Shown: positions 1 to 8,971 of the stretch, one piece after another
Position numbering within the stretch: position 1 is the first letter of the stretch
Layout: each line of letters starts with the position of its first letter
Virus record (IMG/VR): IMGVR_UViG_3300037722_000136
Location: 1-46,642 of that record
Direction: 5' to 3' (one strand)
Length of the DNA stretch: 46,642 nt
Origin: a virus
Lineage: Duplodnaviria > Caudoviricetes
Notes under the pieces: generated by a model
What the model was told of the DNA's origin: nothing
The model's input: the letters and a program-made list of their open reading frames with translations, nothing else
Databases searched by the model: none
Made by a program: the position numbers and the translations under genes

Positions 1-16
1 ACTAGAACTGGAAAAA

Positions 17-142
17 GCGATCGGCCTTTCCTTACGTTCTTTTGAGTAAGTTGGAAGCATTAGTGTCTCCTATCGATTTTTCCAGTTCTAGTCGATTTCG
101 ATATTCCGCAATCACATCCCCGTGGCAGGCGAGCGGTTTACA
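17..142. repeat. Terminal direct repeat (assembly overlap), copy 1; indicates a circular 46,500-bp unit
   Basis: 17-142 is identical to 46517-46642. The ORF 45559..46560 starts at the position equivalent to 60 and overlaps the end of ORF 32..364, so gene order is continuous across the join. Confidence 0.95.
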
Positions 143-364
143 ACAACATTCCAGAACCGCATCGCGGGGGAGGGACGATGCAATGCGACGGTGTGTTACA
201 GCCCCGGGATCAGGTGACATAAACCATGCCCGATATTTTCGCACCGCTTCGCCTCGGTCGTACGGCCCATATGGTTTCACCCTAAACGGATTTCCCAAGG
301 GACCCGGCCGCATGATACTATGCGTACCTTTGGCGTGGTGTTGGTTCACTACGGTCACGGTCAT
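32..364 (-). CDS. DUF4326-family protein
   Basis: VVN...RPGPLGNPF...R.EAV.KY..WF...LECCCKPLACHGDVI matches the family pattern GNPF / L.C.C.P..CHGDV. Confidence 0.8.
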   Translation of the reverse strand: MTVTVVNQHHAKGTHSIMRPGPLGNPFRVKPYGPYDRGEAVRKYRAWFMSPDPGAVTHRRIASSLPRDAVLECCCKPLACHGDVIAEYRNRLELEKSIGDTNASNLLKRT

Positions 365-666
365 GTCTTACGATCCAGATGCTCAATCATAGCGACGGCG
401 ACCGCCGCCACCTGTATGAGTTCGTTGCGAAGGGCGTTCCGGCGTTCCGGGGTGTCCAAACCGTGAACCCCTATCTCGCAGACTTCTTCTGCGACCTCAC
501 CGAATTCTTCAGCGAGAATCGCAAGCCAGTTCGGTAGGGGGCGGGAGTCGAAGTTGTCGATCGAACCCCACTTCTGATCCTGACGGTGACGTTCACGTAC
601 CACTAAATCGAGAACTTGGGCCAGTACATCCGTCGTATATCTATCGGAACTAATAAGCACTGCCAT
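361..666 (-). CDS. MazG-like all-alpha NTP pyrophosphohydrolase
   Basis: RER.RQD.KWG, WLAILAEEFGEVAEE and ELIQVAAVAVAMIE; SD AAGGAGA upstream. Confidence 0.75.
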   Translation of the reverse strand: MAVLISSDRYTTDVLAQVLDLVVRERHRQDQKWGSIDNFDSRPLPNWLAILAEEFGEVAEEVCEIGVHGLDTPERRNALRNELIQVAAVAVAMIEHLDRKT

Positions 667-678
667 CGTAGGTCTCCT

Positions 679-3033
679 TTATCCCGGACGACCGAGGTAT
701 TTTCTCTCGGCCCAATCCTTCAGTTGAATTCCTCGGAACACACTCATCTTGTGTGCCCCTTTCACATAGGTCTCACGGGTCACGAACTGTGCATTCGACT
801 TGATTCTCTCGAAGAACTTCGACTTCGTCCACGTTCGCAGCCCACGTTCTGTGGCCCACGCGAGCCACGCATCGTACAGTTGATTCTTCAAAACCTCGGC
901 CCCATCTTCCTCATCGCAGCATTCTTCAAGGAAGGCCGCGACCGGGGACGTAGTTGTCCGCCATTCACGCAACGACTCAACGCTCTCATCCGGCAGGGTG
1001 AACCTGTTCCCGTTGTCCCGCAACATCCGCAAACCTTCGAGTGCCCAGACCACAATGCCGGGGGCCTCGGCGATCAGCTTATCCCGCAACCCGAAGTCTT
1101 CTTGCCCCAAGAAACTTTTCTTGAAGTCGATGATGTTCAACCGGGCTTCCAACGCCCCGGCGTGGTCAGGCAGTTCGGGCAGTTCGTTCGATGCGATCGT
1201 GAACTTGCATTGCAGCCTGTGATTCCGCAGCGGCGAGATGTACTTCCGGTCTATATTAACCGGGTCCTCACCCACTATATTCAGCAAAACTTCGAGAGCC
1301 TGCATATTATCTGCTTTGTTCGGAAGGCGGGCATCGGGCATAACCGCGATCTGCGTGCCCACCAACGACTGTAATCCAAAACGCTCTGTAAGCTGTCGAA
1401 AGTTAATACTTGCACACTGGTCGATCCCGACGATGGATTCAAGAACAGCCAGAGCCGTTCCCTTCCCTGATCGTCTCGGTCCACGCAGTAGCATAAGTTT
1501 ATGGAGACTTGTGTCCGGCGTGAGGCAATACCCAAACCACTCCCTGAGAAGGTGCACTTTAGAGGAGTCGTCCCCGAGTGTAGACGCAAGGTATCGACGC
1601 CACTCAGTACACTTAGCGATTGGGTTGAACGGGAAGGCCAGAGCGAACGTAGTAAAGAGATCAGGCGTGAGATCATGGAGGTATTCCTGCTCATCGGCAC
1701 CGATGAGATATTTTTCAACGTCGAGGACGCCGTTACTGAAAGTGATGAGGTTGCGGGGGTCGGGGCCTGTGGCATCGTTGATCCAGCAAGGGACGCGATC
1801 TGCTCGCACAGGGCATGGGTAGAGCAGGGCATCCATGATGTTGTTGACGGAATTTCTGGTGCAGACAAGCGGTTCCAGTGTGAAGTCCCCTGTTGGGGTG
1901 GGCTTCCGCACGAACTTGTTGTCGCACCACCCGTAGAGCGGCCCCCGGACATCCATTTTCTCATCGACTTCAACATACTTTAATCCATTGTATCTGAACC
2001 ATTGGTTGTTGTGATACCGCAAGGTATATCGCGGCCCCATCTTGTGCTCATAATCGAGCCATCCCCGGGCGATCGTCAAGGGCTTATTGTCTGGGAGAAC
2101 AATGTCCTCAGCACTCTCCCGCCCATGCTCACCTGCATATGATAGTAAGTCCTGTTGCGATACTGAATCTTTTCGTACCCATTCCCGCAAATCCTTGCAG
2201 TGATCTGGCGGCAACACCATGACGCATGAGGGGCAGATTCGACGCAGGACTTGGAAAGTAGCAATGAGTCCTTCGTGACCGGGGCGTTGTCCGGTCTGAG
2301 GATTGATTTCGTCATTCTCCCCGACAATAATGACCGGCCGAGATCGCGCCAAATCTGCAACCATGCTAAGCCCCGCAAGGTTGCTAGGGCGTCCGACCGC
2401 GACAAACCCGAGATCAAGAGCCGCTGCTGCATCAGACATTCCCTCTACGATAATCACCGGATGATCGCTCGGGGGCAGGATCGTAGCCCCCTTCTTCAGT
2501 ACACCCTCTGGTTTGAGGATATGCAAATAACCCATCTTCTCGGGCTTCGTTGCACCCTCGCGGACGCGGATACAGATCACGGATTTAGGGTCCTCCGGGT
2601 CCTCGGCGGACAGCAGGCACCCGTCCGGTTTGCGGCACACCGGGCAGTCAATCCCGGCGTCCATCGTGCGTACCCAATTGTGCCGGCCGGGAACGTAGGC
2701 ACGGGCACCCTGTTCGTGGTCGGGATTGATCGGGTACACCAGACCGTGCTTTGAAGCAGGGAACATGGGCTTCCCCTTGAAGTCCGGGTTCGTACTTCGT
2801 AAACTTAGCCCCACCACCGACCCATCGACATCACGCTCGGGGACGCACCACCACCCCTGATAGTTCTTCCCCTTCTTGAACTCGACGATCGGAACCCACC
2901 CGACGCCGAATTGAGCGAGGGATGCCGCCGACACGCCAAGTTGCGTGGCGAAACTATCAAGCATCGCGGGGTATACGTTCCCTTGAAATGCCTCTGCTAG
3001 TTTGTCAAATTTTTTCGACAAAGGGGACCCCAA
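679..3033 (-). CDS. DNA primase-helicase (TOPRIM primase + Zn finger + D5/P4-type SF3 helicase + C-terminal winged helix)
   Basis: TOPRIM IIVEGMSDAAA and GEND; CPVC..PDGC..C Zn motif; D5_N-like LITFSNGVLD; Walker A GPRRSGKGT; motif C IASNELP. Start codon uncertain (TTG). Confidence 0.9.
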   Translation of the reverse strand: MGSPLSKKFDKLAEAFQGNVYPAMLDSFATQLGVSAASLAQFGVGWVPIVEFKKGKNYQGWWCVPERDVDGSVVGLSLRSTNPDFKGKPMFPASKHGLVYPINPDHEQGARAYVPGRHNWVRTMDAGIDCPVCRKPDGCLLSAEDPEDPKSVICIRVREGATKPEKMGYLHILKPEGVLKKGATILPPSDHPVIIVEGMSDAAAALDLGFVAVGRPSNLAGLSMVADLARSRPVIIVGENDEINPQTGQRPGHEGLIATFQVLRRICPSCVMVLPPDHCKDLREWVRKDSVSQQDLLSYAGEHGRESAEDIVLPDNKPLTIARGWLDYEHKMGPRYTLRYHNNQWFRYNGLKYVEVDEKMDVRGPLYGWCDNKFVRKPTPTGDFTLEPLVCTRNSVNNIMDALLYPCPVRADRVPCWINDATGPDPRNLITFSNGVLDVEKYLIGADEQEYLHDLTPDLFTTFALAFPFNPIAKCTEWRRYLASTLGDDSSKVHLLREWFGYCLTPDTSLHKLMLLRGPRRSGKGTALAVLESIVGIDQCASINFRQLTERFGLQSLVGTQIAVMPDARLPNKADNMQALEVLLNIVGEDPVNIDRKYISPLRNHRLQCKFTIASNELPELPDHAGALEARLNIIDFKKSFLGQEDFGLRDKLIAEAPGIVVWALEGLRMLRDNGNRFTLPDESVESLREWRTTTSPVAAFLEECCDEEDGAEVLKNQLYDAWLAWATERGLRTWTKSKFFERIKSNAQFVTRETYVKGAHKMSVFRGIQLKDWAERKYLGRPG

Positions 3034-3038
3034 TTTAA

Positions 3039-3171
3039 GACCACAGACGGGACTCGAACCCGCACCTTCCCATTATCCGATCCAAGTCTCGTCTGTGTAC
3101 CCGCCTTGGCGGACAGGACGTACGACGATTAGTTCACGGGTGGGTTTGCAACCAATTACAACACTGTGGCC
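3039..3171 (-). tRNA. tRNA-like gene (His-GUG-like) with a 59-nt insertion in the anticodon loop
   Basis: Acceptor GCCACAG/CTGTGGT with G-1 and C73; D-arm TTGT-AATTGGTT-GCAA; anticodon stem CCCA/TGGG; 5-nt variable loop; T-arm GCGGG-TTCGAGT-CCCGT. Fills the gap between two genes. No encoded CCA. Confidence 0.7.
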
Positions 3172-3187
3172 TGCCAGATATCAGTGG

Positions 3188-4081
3188 TCAAGAACCCAGA
3201 GCAAGGTCCTTGACAACGAGATCGCGGACCTTGGCCCAAAGCTGTTCGGTGAATTCGCTTTCATCGAGGTTATCATTGTCGCCGGAGATTTCCTGAACCG
3301 ATTCAATCCACGCCTGCTCGATGTCGTTGTCGGAATTACCGCCCTTGTGGTTGCAGACGTATTCCCACGCATCGCCTTGTGACACGGCATCCGGGCGATC
3401 GTCTGCCGGGGATTCGGCAGTCGCCTTCGGTGGGGTCTTCGTCGCCTTCGGTGCGGTCGAAGGGGCCGGTTTAGAAGGGGCAGTTTCCGATGTAGACGGC
3501 TTCGCTCCCTTCGTGGCCGTAGGAGACGACGCGGCTGCTGACGGCTTTCCCGGCTTCGCGGCCTTCGCGGCGGCGGGCTTCGCAGTCTTACCACCGACCT
3601 TGATCTTCGGGAGGGCGGCGAGTTTCGTCGCATCGAGTTTCATCAGTTCGCGGTTCGGCGGTGCGTCGGCAGCGTCGATCCAGTTCAAACGGATGGTGGT
3701 CTGTTCGTTGTAGAAGTTCTCCTCCATGCGGAACAGAACTTCCTTGCCGACGAACTTCTCACCATTGAGGTCATCGAATTCCTGACCGTCCCAACCCAGA
3801 GCAAGTTGCACCTGCTCGTAGTTCATCAAGGCAGTTTCTTCGGTGAACTCCTCATTGTCCTTGAACAGCACGAGGAAGCCGGTCGTGGTCTCGTCGAACT
3901 CCGACCAGTCGATGTACTGCTCCGTTTCGAGTTCGTAGTGCTTCAGTTCAGCCGGGGAATCAATGTATTTTTCTGTGGCCTGAACCTTGATAACGAGTTG
4001 CGGGAACCCGTTCTTCGTGAGGGCGAGGCCATGTTCCAACACCACGCCCTTGTACGTTCCGATCGTGTCAATCTTTCCCAT
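3188..4081 (-). CDS. Putative single-stranded DNA-binding protein (DUF669-like OB fold, Pro/Ala/Lys linker)
   Basis: GTYKGVV...TKNGFPQL...FVGKEV.F..EENFYN pattern, low-complexity linker, position after a Sak4-like ATPase. Confidence 0.55.
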   Translation of the reverse strand: MGKIDTIGTYKGVVLEHGLALTKNGFPQLVIKVQATEKYIDSPAELKHYELETEQYIDWSEFDETTTGFLVLFKDNEEFTEETALMNYEQVQLALGWDGQEFDDLNGEKFVGKEVLFRMEENFYNEQTTIRLNWIDAADAPPNRELMKLDATKLAALPKIKVGGKTAKPAAAKAAKPGKPSAAASSPTATKGAKPSTSETAPSKPAPSTAPKATKTPPKATAESPADDRPDAVSQGDAWEYVCNHKGGNSDNDIEQAWIESVQEISGDNDNLDESEFTEQLWAKVRDLVVKDLALGS

Positions 4082-4096
4082 TATGATCTCCTTGAA

Positions 4097-4516
4097 TTAC
4101 GCTGTCACCAGCTTGGGTCCGCCGTTAAACGGCTTTACTTCGTTGTCGTCGTCCGAACTCACTGCCTTGCGATCCGGGTCGGGGTCAGCGAGAATAGCCA
4201 CGATCTGCACCTGATCCACAAGGATGAGGTTGCGGCCACCGTCGTCCTTGTACTTTACGCCAGCCGGTTGCAGGGCGACGTGATCCTGACTGATTCGACG
4301 TGCGGCGTTGATCTTCACCAGCACCCGCTGCCCAACCGCTAAGTCTCGGGTCAAGGGCAGTTCATCGGCGTGATCGCACATTCCGGGGCCGACCGCTACG
4401 ATTTCGCACTCCTGATATTCATTGCTGTTCTCGCGGGGCAGAATAATGCTTCCGACTTTTTCCTCCGCTTTCCGAATTTCAACGACACTGACGAGAGTGT
4501 TCCGGGGTTTCAACAT
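4097..4516 (-). CDS. groES: GroES/Cpn10-like co-chaperonin
   Basis: MLKP.N..V.V, mobile loop EEKVGSIILP, EIVAVGPG, LAVGQRVLV, C-terminal LVDQVQIVAIL. Confidence 0.8.
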   Translation of the reverse strand: MLKPRNTLVSVVEIRKAEEKVGSIILPRENSNEYQECEIVAVGPGMCDHADELPLTRDLAVGQRVLVKINAARRISQDHVALQPAGVKYKDDGGRNLILVDQVQIVAILADPDPDRKAVSSDDDNEVKPFNGGPKLVTA

Positions 4517-4640
4517 CGTTATCCCTTTCCTTACTATGGGCCCTGTGCATCACCGCTACCATTATGTTAAGTGATGCAAGAGCGATCACGAACAGACAGA
4601 CATCCACGACCGCCGTGTGGAAAAGTTGAACATCGATCAT
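4479..4640 (-). CDS. Small single-TM membrane protein (53 aa, not in ORF track)
   Basis: MIDVQLFHTAVVDVCLFVIALASLNIMVAVMHRAHSKERDNDVETPEHSRQCR; ATGA overlap with the upstream stop; GGAGG SD. Confidence 0.5.
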   Translation of the reverse strand: MIDVQLFHTAVVDVCLFVIALASLNIMVAVMHRAHSKERDNDVETPEHSRQCR

Positions 4641-5566
4641 CCATCCACCTCCGCACCTTCAAACATTAGAAGCCAAAGTGAGTTGTCTTCCGGCGAATCG
4701 AAACTAATGATGGGCGGAAGGTGACGCCCGTCAATAGGTCTCGATTTCGCCATGTAATACTGAGCCCCGCCCGTGAAGATCGCCCGGCTCGAATCACCTG
4801 TGACCTTCCCGACCCGTGATTGATCGTTGTCCTTCGTCACTTCCATATCGTCGTATCCGATACGGAAGACGTGGTCAACCCACTCGCAAATCTCGGTGCG
4901 GATCGGGCCTTGCTTGTTCTCGGTCAGCTTGGGCACATCCTCGTAGTAGTCCACGCCGGCCGCGTTTGGCACCGTCGCCTGATCCAACTGTGCAATCAAG
5001 ATCACGTTGCGGCCAGAGCGGATCACCGTGTCGAAGTCTGTCAACAACAGGCGGAACTGATCGAGAACGTGACGATAGCCCTTTCCGTACCCGAACTGTT
5101 CAAGGTTGCGGGCCTTGCCGCCTTTCTCCAGTGGCACGTTCTCAATCACGTACGCCTCACAGAGCGGGATCGCACGGGTGATTGTATCAACTACCAGACT
5201 GCCCCCCTTCGGAACCAGAGATACGGATTGACGAACTGCGTCCCGTAAGTCTTGCCACGTTTCCACACCGTCGATCGCGGCCACAGCTTCGCCGGTGATC
5301 GGGTTTGCGATCTTCCGGGCACCGTCGTCAAGGGGGATGAACACCGCACCGTCGAGTTGAGCAACTAGGGTGGTCTTGCCCGTTCCGCTCTTTGCGTAGG
5401 CCAGAATCTTCTCACCTTCGCCTTCGCCGGTCAGGGGCTTGACGCTGAATGACTTCGCTACGTGAGTCGGCTTATCCACCCGTGCGGGCGGGGCTTTCGC
5501 CATAGGCTTCGGCCTCGGCTTCGTCGCCGCAGCAGGGGGTTTCGCTGTCGGGGGTTTAGTCGCCAC
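4637..5566 (-). CDS. Sak4-like / AAA_24 recombination ATPase
   Basis: Walker A AKSGTGKTT, Walker B LVVDTIT, GYGKGY, VILIAQ, EWVD.V, AKSR. Confidence 0.85.
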   Translation of the reverse strand: MATKPPTAKPPAAATKPRPKPMAKAPPARVDKPTHVAKSFSVKPLTGEGEGEKILAYAKSGTGKTTLVAQLDGAVFIPLDDGARKIANPITGEAVAAIDGVETWQDLRDAVRQSVSLVPKGGSLVVDTITRAIPLCEAYVIENVPLEKGGKARNLEQFGYGKGYRHVLDQFRLLLTDFDTVIRSGRNVILIAQLDQATVPNAAGVDYYEDVPKLTENKQGPIRTEICEWVDHVFRIGYDDMEVTKDNDQSRVGKVTGDSSRAIFTGGAQYYMAKSRPIDGRHLPPIISFDSPEDNSLWLLMFEGAEVDG

Positions 5567-5620
5567 TGGTCTCTCCTTTATGATTGTCGCCGTGGGCCAA
5601 CGATTTTCGTACGTAAAGCA

Positions 5621-5845
5621 TTACGATTTGTCTCCGTAACGGGCGGTTGCTTGTTCGTGGATCAGTTGGATGCGTCCGGCCAATTGCATCATACAGTCAT
5701 TGTTGTTAACACCGCAAATATCGAAAGGCTCGGCTGGAAGCCACCCCTCGCCCCACGGCTTCAGGGTTGTCGAGCCCACGAGCCGGGGCCTAGGATTGCC
5801 GGCGGGGAAGGACATGGTGATCGTGAGGTCATAGGGCTGTCGCAT
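5621..5845 (-). CDS. Hypothetical protein
   Basis: ATG at 5845 preceded by AAGGAGACCC. Confidence 0.5.
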   Translation of the reverse strand: MRQPYDLTITMSFPAGNPRPRLVGSTTLKPWGEGWLPAEPFDICGVNNNDCMMQLAGRIQLIHEQATARYGDKS

Positions 5846-5855
5846 GGGTCTCCTT

Positions 5856-6236
5856 TTAGTCGCCATCAATCATGTCTCCGTTAATAGTGGGGTCTACGAA
5901 AATGGTACGGCCGTGGGCCGTATCGTGATGTTTGCGGCAAAGCCACCGAACATCTAGCGGCCGGTTATAGTCATCGTGATGGGCTTCCGATTTGCCCCCG
6001 CAAATTTCGCAGGGACGCCTTATCATACGCCCATCACGAATGGCGTTATTAACAGCGTTTCTCGCTCGAACTTTCTCTGGATGTTCCGCCCGATACGCGG
6101 CCATCCTCTCCCGATCCCGGGCACGATGTTCTTCAGTATCCCGCTTAATTTTCAGCGAGTCCTTAATCTTGTGGTAATACGCCCGTTGATAATCTCGGTG
6201 AAACTGACGCCGCTTTTCAGGATCAGCATAAGGCAT
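5856..6236 (-). CDS. HNH endonuclease-like protein
   Basis: A...VNNAIRDGR..R.PCEICG..SEAHHDDY.RPLDVRWLC.KHH..AH. Confidence 0.8.
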   Translation of the reverse strand: MPYADPEKRRQFHRDYQRAYYHKIKDSLKIKRDTEEHRARDRERMAAYRAEHPEKVRARNAVNNAIRDGRMIRRPCEICGGKSEAHHDDYNRPLDVRWLCRKHHDTAHGRTIFVDPTINGDMIDGD

Positions 6237-7459
6237 TAGTCCTCGTCTCCCAACGACTCACCATGAATGGCAGGGTTGAATATGCGGCGGTACCCATCGG
6301 GGGTTGTCTTGCCGTCACACACTTCGTCGGCACCCGGCCCATAGCAAATCTTCAACATCGGGCAGGGGAACGGGGATCGGCAACTGTGTTCATTCTCAGT
6401 CCAGCACCCGTTCTTCTCGTACATCTTCATCGCCTGATAAGTATTGTAGACCTCAATGCGGGCCTTCGCTAAGTCCTTGTCAGTTCGGGCGATTTCTTTC
6501 CTCTGAAAGTAGAAGTCAGGGCGGGTATAAATGTCTTGCAGCAGACGGGCACCGTACATTGCCGGGGTTTCGCGGATCGCAAACCCCTTCTTACCGGGCG
6601 TAACATCGGCCGGCGACCCGTCCACTGCCACGGTCGCACTGACTTGGGCTTCCTTACCCTCGCCGATCGAGAACGGCTCGGCCGCGATATCGAATGTCAC
6701 CCCCTCGTATTCTCCGGTTTCAATCAGGGTCGCGGTCGCACCTTGGGTAAGGGTCGCGGGTTTAATCGTCGGCTTACGCCATACGTCGTATAGCGTGTTG
6801 CCGAACTGAGTGTCGGGGTTCGCTTCGAGGTACGCGGAAACTTCATGGGGAAACTGCCCGGCTTCGATCATGTCGTGAAACGCGAGAGCGTACATGCTTA
6901 CCTGAGTGTCCTTCTGCGACTTCTCCCAGAAGTCAGAATCAGGATCGATGCTACGGCTAGTAGACTTACGCTCGACATTGCCGACCATCCCTCGCCACTT
7001 GACTATGTGATCGATCTTCCCCACCCGTATAACTTCAGACGTAAGCAACGGTAAGCCGGTGCGGGGGGCGTGGAGCGGGAGGTCGAACTTGATTTCGCTT
7101 GCGATCGGGGTGACGGGGTCGTTGCCCCAATGCCACAGATACCCGATGAACGACATCACTAGAATCTGACGCTCGATCTCCCATTCCTCGGAGGTCTTCG
7201 ACGCAGGGATCGTGTCGCCGGTGTAGCATTCGTTCAGGTGTTCGACTACCGCAGCCATCGCAGCGTCGGCGTCGGATGCCGTGCCCATGCTGTTGTGGTA
7301 TATCTCGTGAATGCAGTGCCACGCCGTCCCGACTCGCTGCGAATCCGTGTCTTCGGCCAGACGCAACCCTTCGCGGTATGCTAGTCTGAAAGCCGTGGGG
7401 CACTTCTTGAAGGTCTGGATCGACGATGCCGATAAGTGATAGCATTGGGGGTTTGACAT
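6236..7459 (-). CDS. PD-(D/E)XK (RecB/Cas4-like) exonuclease
   Basis: LSASSI.TFKKCP, GTAWH, GKID, VERKS, QVSMYA, C-terminal C..C...C. Start moved to ATG 7459 because ATG 7480 overlaps the predicted -10 box. Confidence 0.85.
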   Translation of the reverse strand: MSNPQCYHLSASSIQTFKKCPTAFRLAYREGLRLAEDTDSQRVGTAWHCIHEIYHNSMGTASDADAAMAAVVEHLNECYTGDTIPASKTSEEWEIERQILVMSFIGYLWHWGNDPVTPIASEIKFDLPLHAPRTGLPLLTSEVIRVGKIDHIVKWRGMVGNVERKSTSRSIDPDSDFWEKSQKDTQVSMYALAFHDMIEAGQFPHEVSAYLEANPDTQFGNTLYDVWRKPTIKPATLTQGATATLIETGEYEGVTFDIAAEPFSIGEGKEAQVSATVAVDGSPADVTPGKKGFAIRETPAMYGARLLQDIYTRPDFYFQRKEIARTDKDLAKARIEVYNTYQAMKMYEKNGCWTENEHSCRSPFPCPMLKICYGPGADEVCDGKTTPDGYRRIFNPAIHGESLGDED

Positions 7460-7471
7460 AGGTCTGCTCAA

Positions 7472-7499
7472 AGTATACATTCAAACTTGTCAAAGTCAA
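7472..7499 (-). promoter_or_regulatory. Sigma70-type promoter TTGACT-N16-TATACT
   Basis: Directly upstream of the recombination genes; near-leaderless ATG at 7459. Confidence 0.75.
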
Positions 7500-7502
7500 G
7501 GA

Positions 7503-8141
7503 TTATTCTGATGGTAATCTCAATCGTCTCCGCCCCTGTTTCCCCATCATCAGGATGTGGGCTTGGGCTTCGAGACTGTCCTTCCCGAACTTATCGGCCA
7601 CTGTCTTCATCCCAGAGAACGACCGGGTCCGCAGGAAGTGAGCGATCAGAAGTGCGTCGAGACGGCCGTCGAGGATACCTCCCCGGGGTCCAGCAATCAT
7701 CGCCGCTGCTTCTGGATAATAGGTCCTGAACAGATCAGCCCCGATCTTGTTGGCGTTAGAATGAGTTTTTCCGGGGACGCCGAGCCGACCCTTCCAAAGT
7801 TGGGGTGAGATGAGGTAGTATTCGAGGCCCTTAGCGTGTGCAAAGGCATGGAGAATCCCTTTCTGACGACCGAACCGTTCGCTTCTCTCGGCCCCTTCAC
7901 CAACCCTCGTACTAGGCCACTCAATCCCGACCACACAATCAGGTATACTACGAAGGTGCGTAAAAATTTCCCATAGTTTTGCCAAGTCGATTTCACGTTG
8001 ACGCTCTTTCTTATACGGGCATACCGGCATGTCCCATGTTTTTATAGATGTACCGTCCGCGTTCATCAGAGCGACGGCTCCCTTGAACCCTGCGTCCACG
8101 CCGGCATAGAAAGCATGGGGACCGAGGGGTAGTTTAGCCAC
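7503..8141 (-). CDS. RuvC-like Holliday junction resolvase
   Basis: AGVDAGFKGAVA, VGIE, RFG..KG, ISPQLWK, DGRLDALLIA. Likely GTG start at 8141 with GGAG SD, overlapping the upstream stop. Confidence 0.85.
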   Translation of the reverse strand: MAKLPLGPHAFYAGVDAGFKGAVALMNADGTSIKTWDMPVCPYKKERQREIDLAKLWEIFTHLRSIPDCVVGIEWPSTRVGEGAERSERFGRQKGILHAFAHAKGLEYYLISPQLWKGRLGVPGKTHSNANKIGADLFRTYYPEAAAMIAGPRGGILDGRLDALLIAHFLRTRSFSGMKTVADKFGKDSLEAQAHILMMGKQGRRRLRLPSE

Positions 8142-8670
8142 GTAGCGAACTCCATATATTACACATCCACTCGGCTTGATATACCGCATCAGCAAGGGCG
8201 TCGTGTAATACTGTTTCTCGTGGGGGCTTCTCTGTTGAAATACCGAGTCGCTCCCCCAACTCCATGAATGTTCGCATATCCAAGTCTCGGCGGAAACTCC
8301 ACGGGGTTTTGATCCCGCAATGTACATACGCTTCTCGCAGAATGCGGTTGTCAAAGTTACTGCCGTTTCCCCAGACATAGGCATTATTGGGCAACCATAC
8401 CGCAAGGTACGTCAACACGCGATTAATAGATAGTCGCGGGGAGGCGGTAAACACCGGTAGCCGGGCATCGTCATCCTGCCGCATCCACCACAACACGGTA
8501 TCGGAACACAATCTAAATCCCTGAGCCGCAGAATCCCGAATGTCAACGTAATAGTGAAACCGTTCACCGAGTTTCCCGGATTCAAGATCAAATTGCACGG
8601 CCCCAATCGATGCAATAACAGGCAAGGTACCTGTTCCAAGAGTTTCGATATCAACCATTACGTCACGCAT
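8134..8670 (-). CDS. DEDDh 3'-5' exonuclease (exonuclease VIII/Rv2179c-like)
   Basis: VMVDIETLG, SIGAV.FD, TVLWW..Q, WGNGSNFD..IL, RD.RT, HDALADA..QA. Confidence 0.9.
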   Translation of the reverse strand: MRDVMVDIETLGTGTLPVIASIGAVQFDLESGKLGERFHYYVDIRDSAAQGFRLCSDTVLWWMRQDDDARLPVFTASPRLSINRVLTYLAVWLPNNAYVWGNGSNFDNRILREAYVHCGIKTPWSFRRDLDMRTFMELGERLGISTEKPPRETVLHDALADAVYQAEWMCNIWSSLRG

Positions 8671-8971
8671 TCAACTCTGGCCTCCACAACAAAGCGTCGA
8701 TCTCTTTCTTATCTAACGGTGGGTGGGACACGAACATGTCCTTCACCTTATACATCCGCGACGGGTGGGTACGACTGTTCTCTGCGATCTGTTGCCACAG
8801 TACGAGAGCCGCTCGCAACTGATTGCGTTCCTTTTCAGACAGTGTCGAGAGATACGGCAACAAGTTTACGCTCCTCCCTAACTGCGAACGTATGAATCGT
8901 GACGCGACACGCAATCGGGTCGTATTCAACTGCACGAAAAGTGCCTTGGGTGCGGGTACGTACCATGTCAT
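8663..8971 (-). CDS. Hypothetical protein (start uncertain)
   Basis: Stop overlaps the exonuclease start; no motif recognised. Confidence 0.4.
   Translation of the reverse strand: MTWYVPAPKALFVQLNTTRLRVASRFIRSQLGRSVNLLPYLSTLSEKERNQLRAALVLWQQIAENSRTHPSRMYKVKDMFVSHPPLDKKEIDALLWRPELNA

Noticed and set aside
1-16. First 16 nt are the reverse complement of 77-92, suggesting a hairpin end or inverted terminal repeat
   Set aside because: They replace the sequence seen at 46501-46516 in the other copy and would break the DUF5664 gene; most likely a fold-back read or assembly artefact.
3039-3171. tmRNA or group I intron
   Set aside because: Has a full D-stem, no G3-U70, no tag ORF, and the insert is only 59 nt.
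6236-7459. Cas4 as evidence of a CRISPR-Cas system
   Set aside because: Sits in a Sak4/SSB/RuvC recombination module; typical phage PD-(D/E)XK exonuclease.
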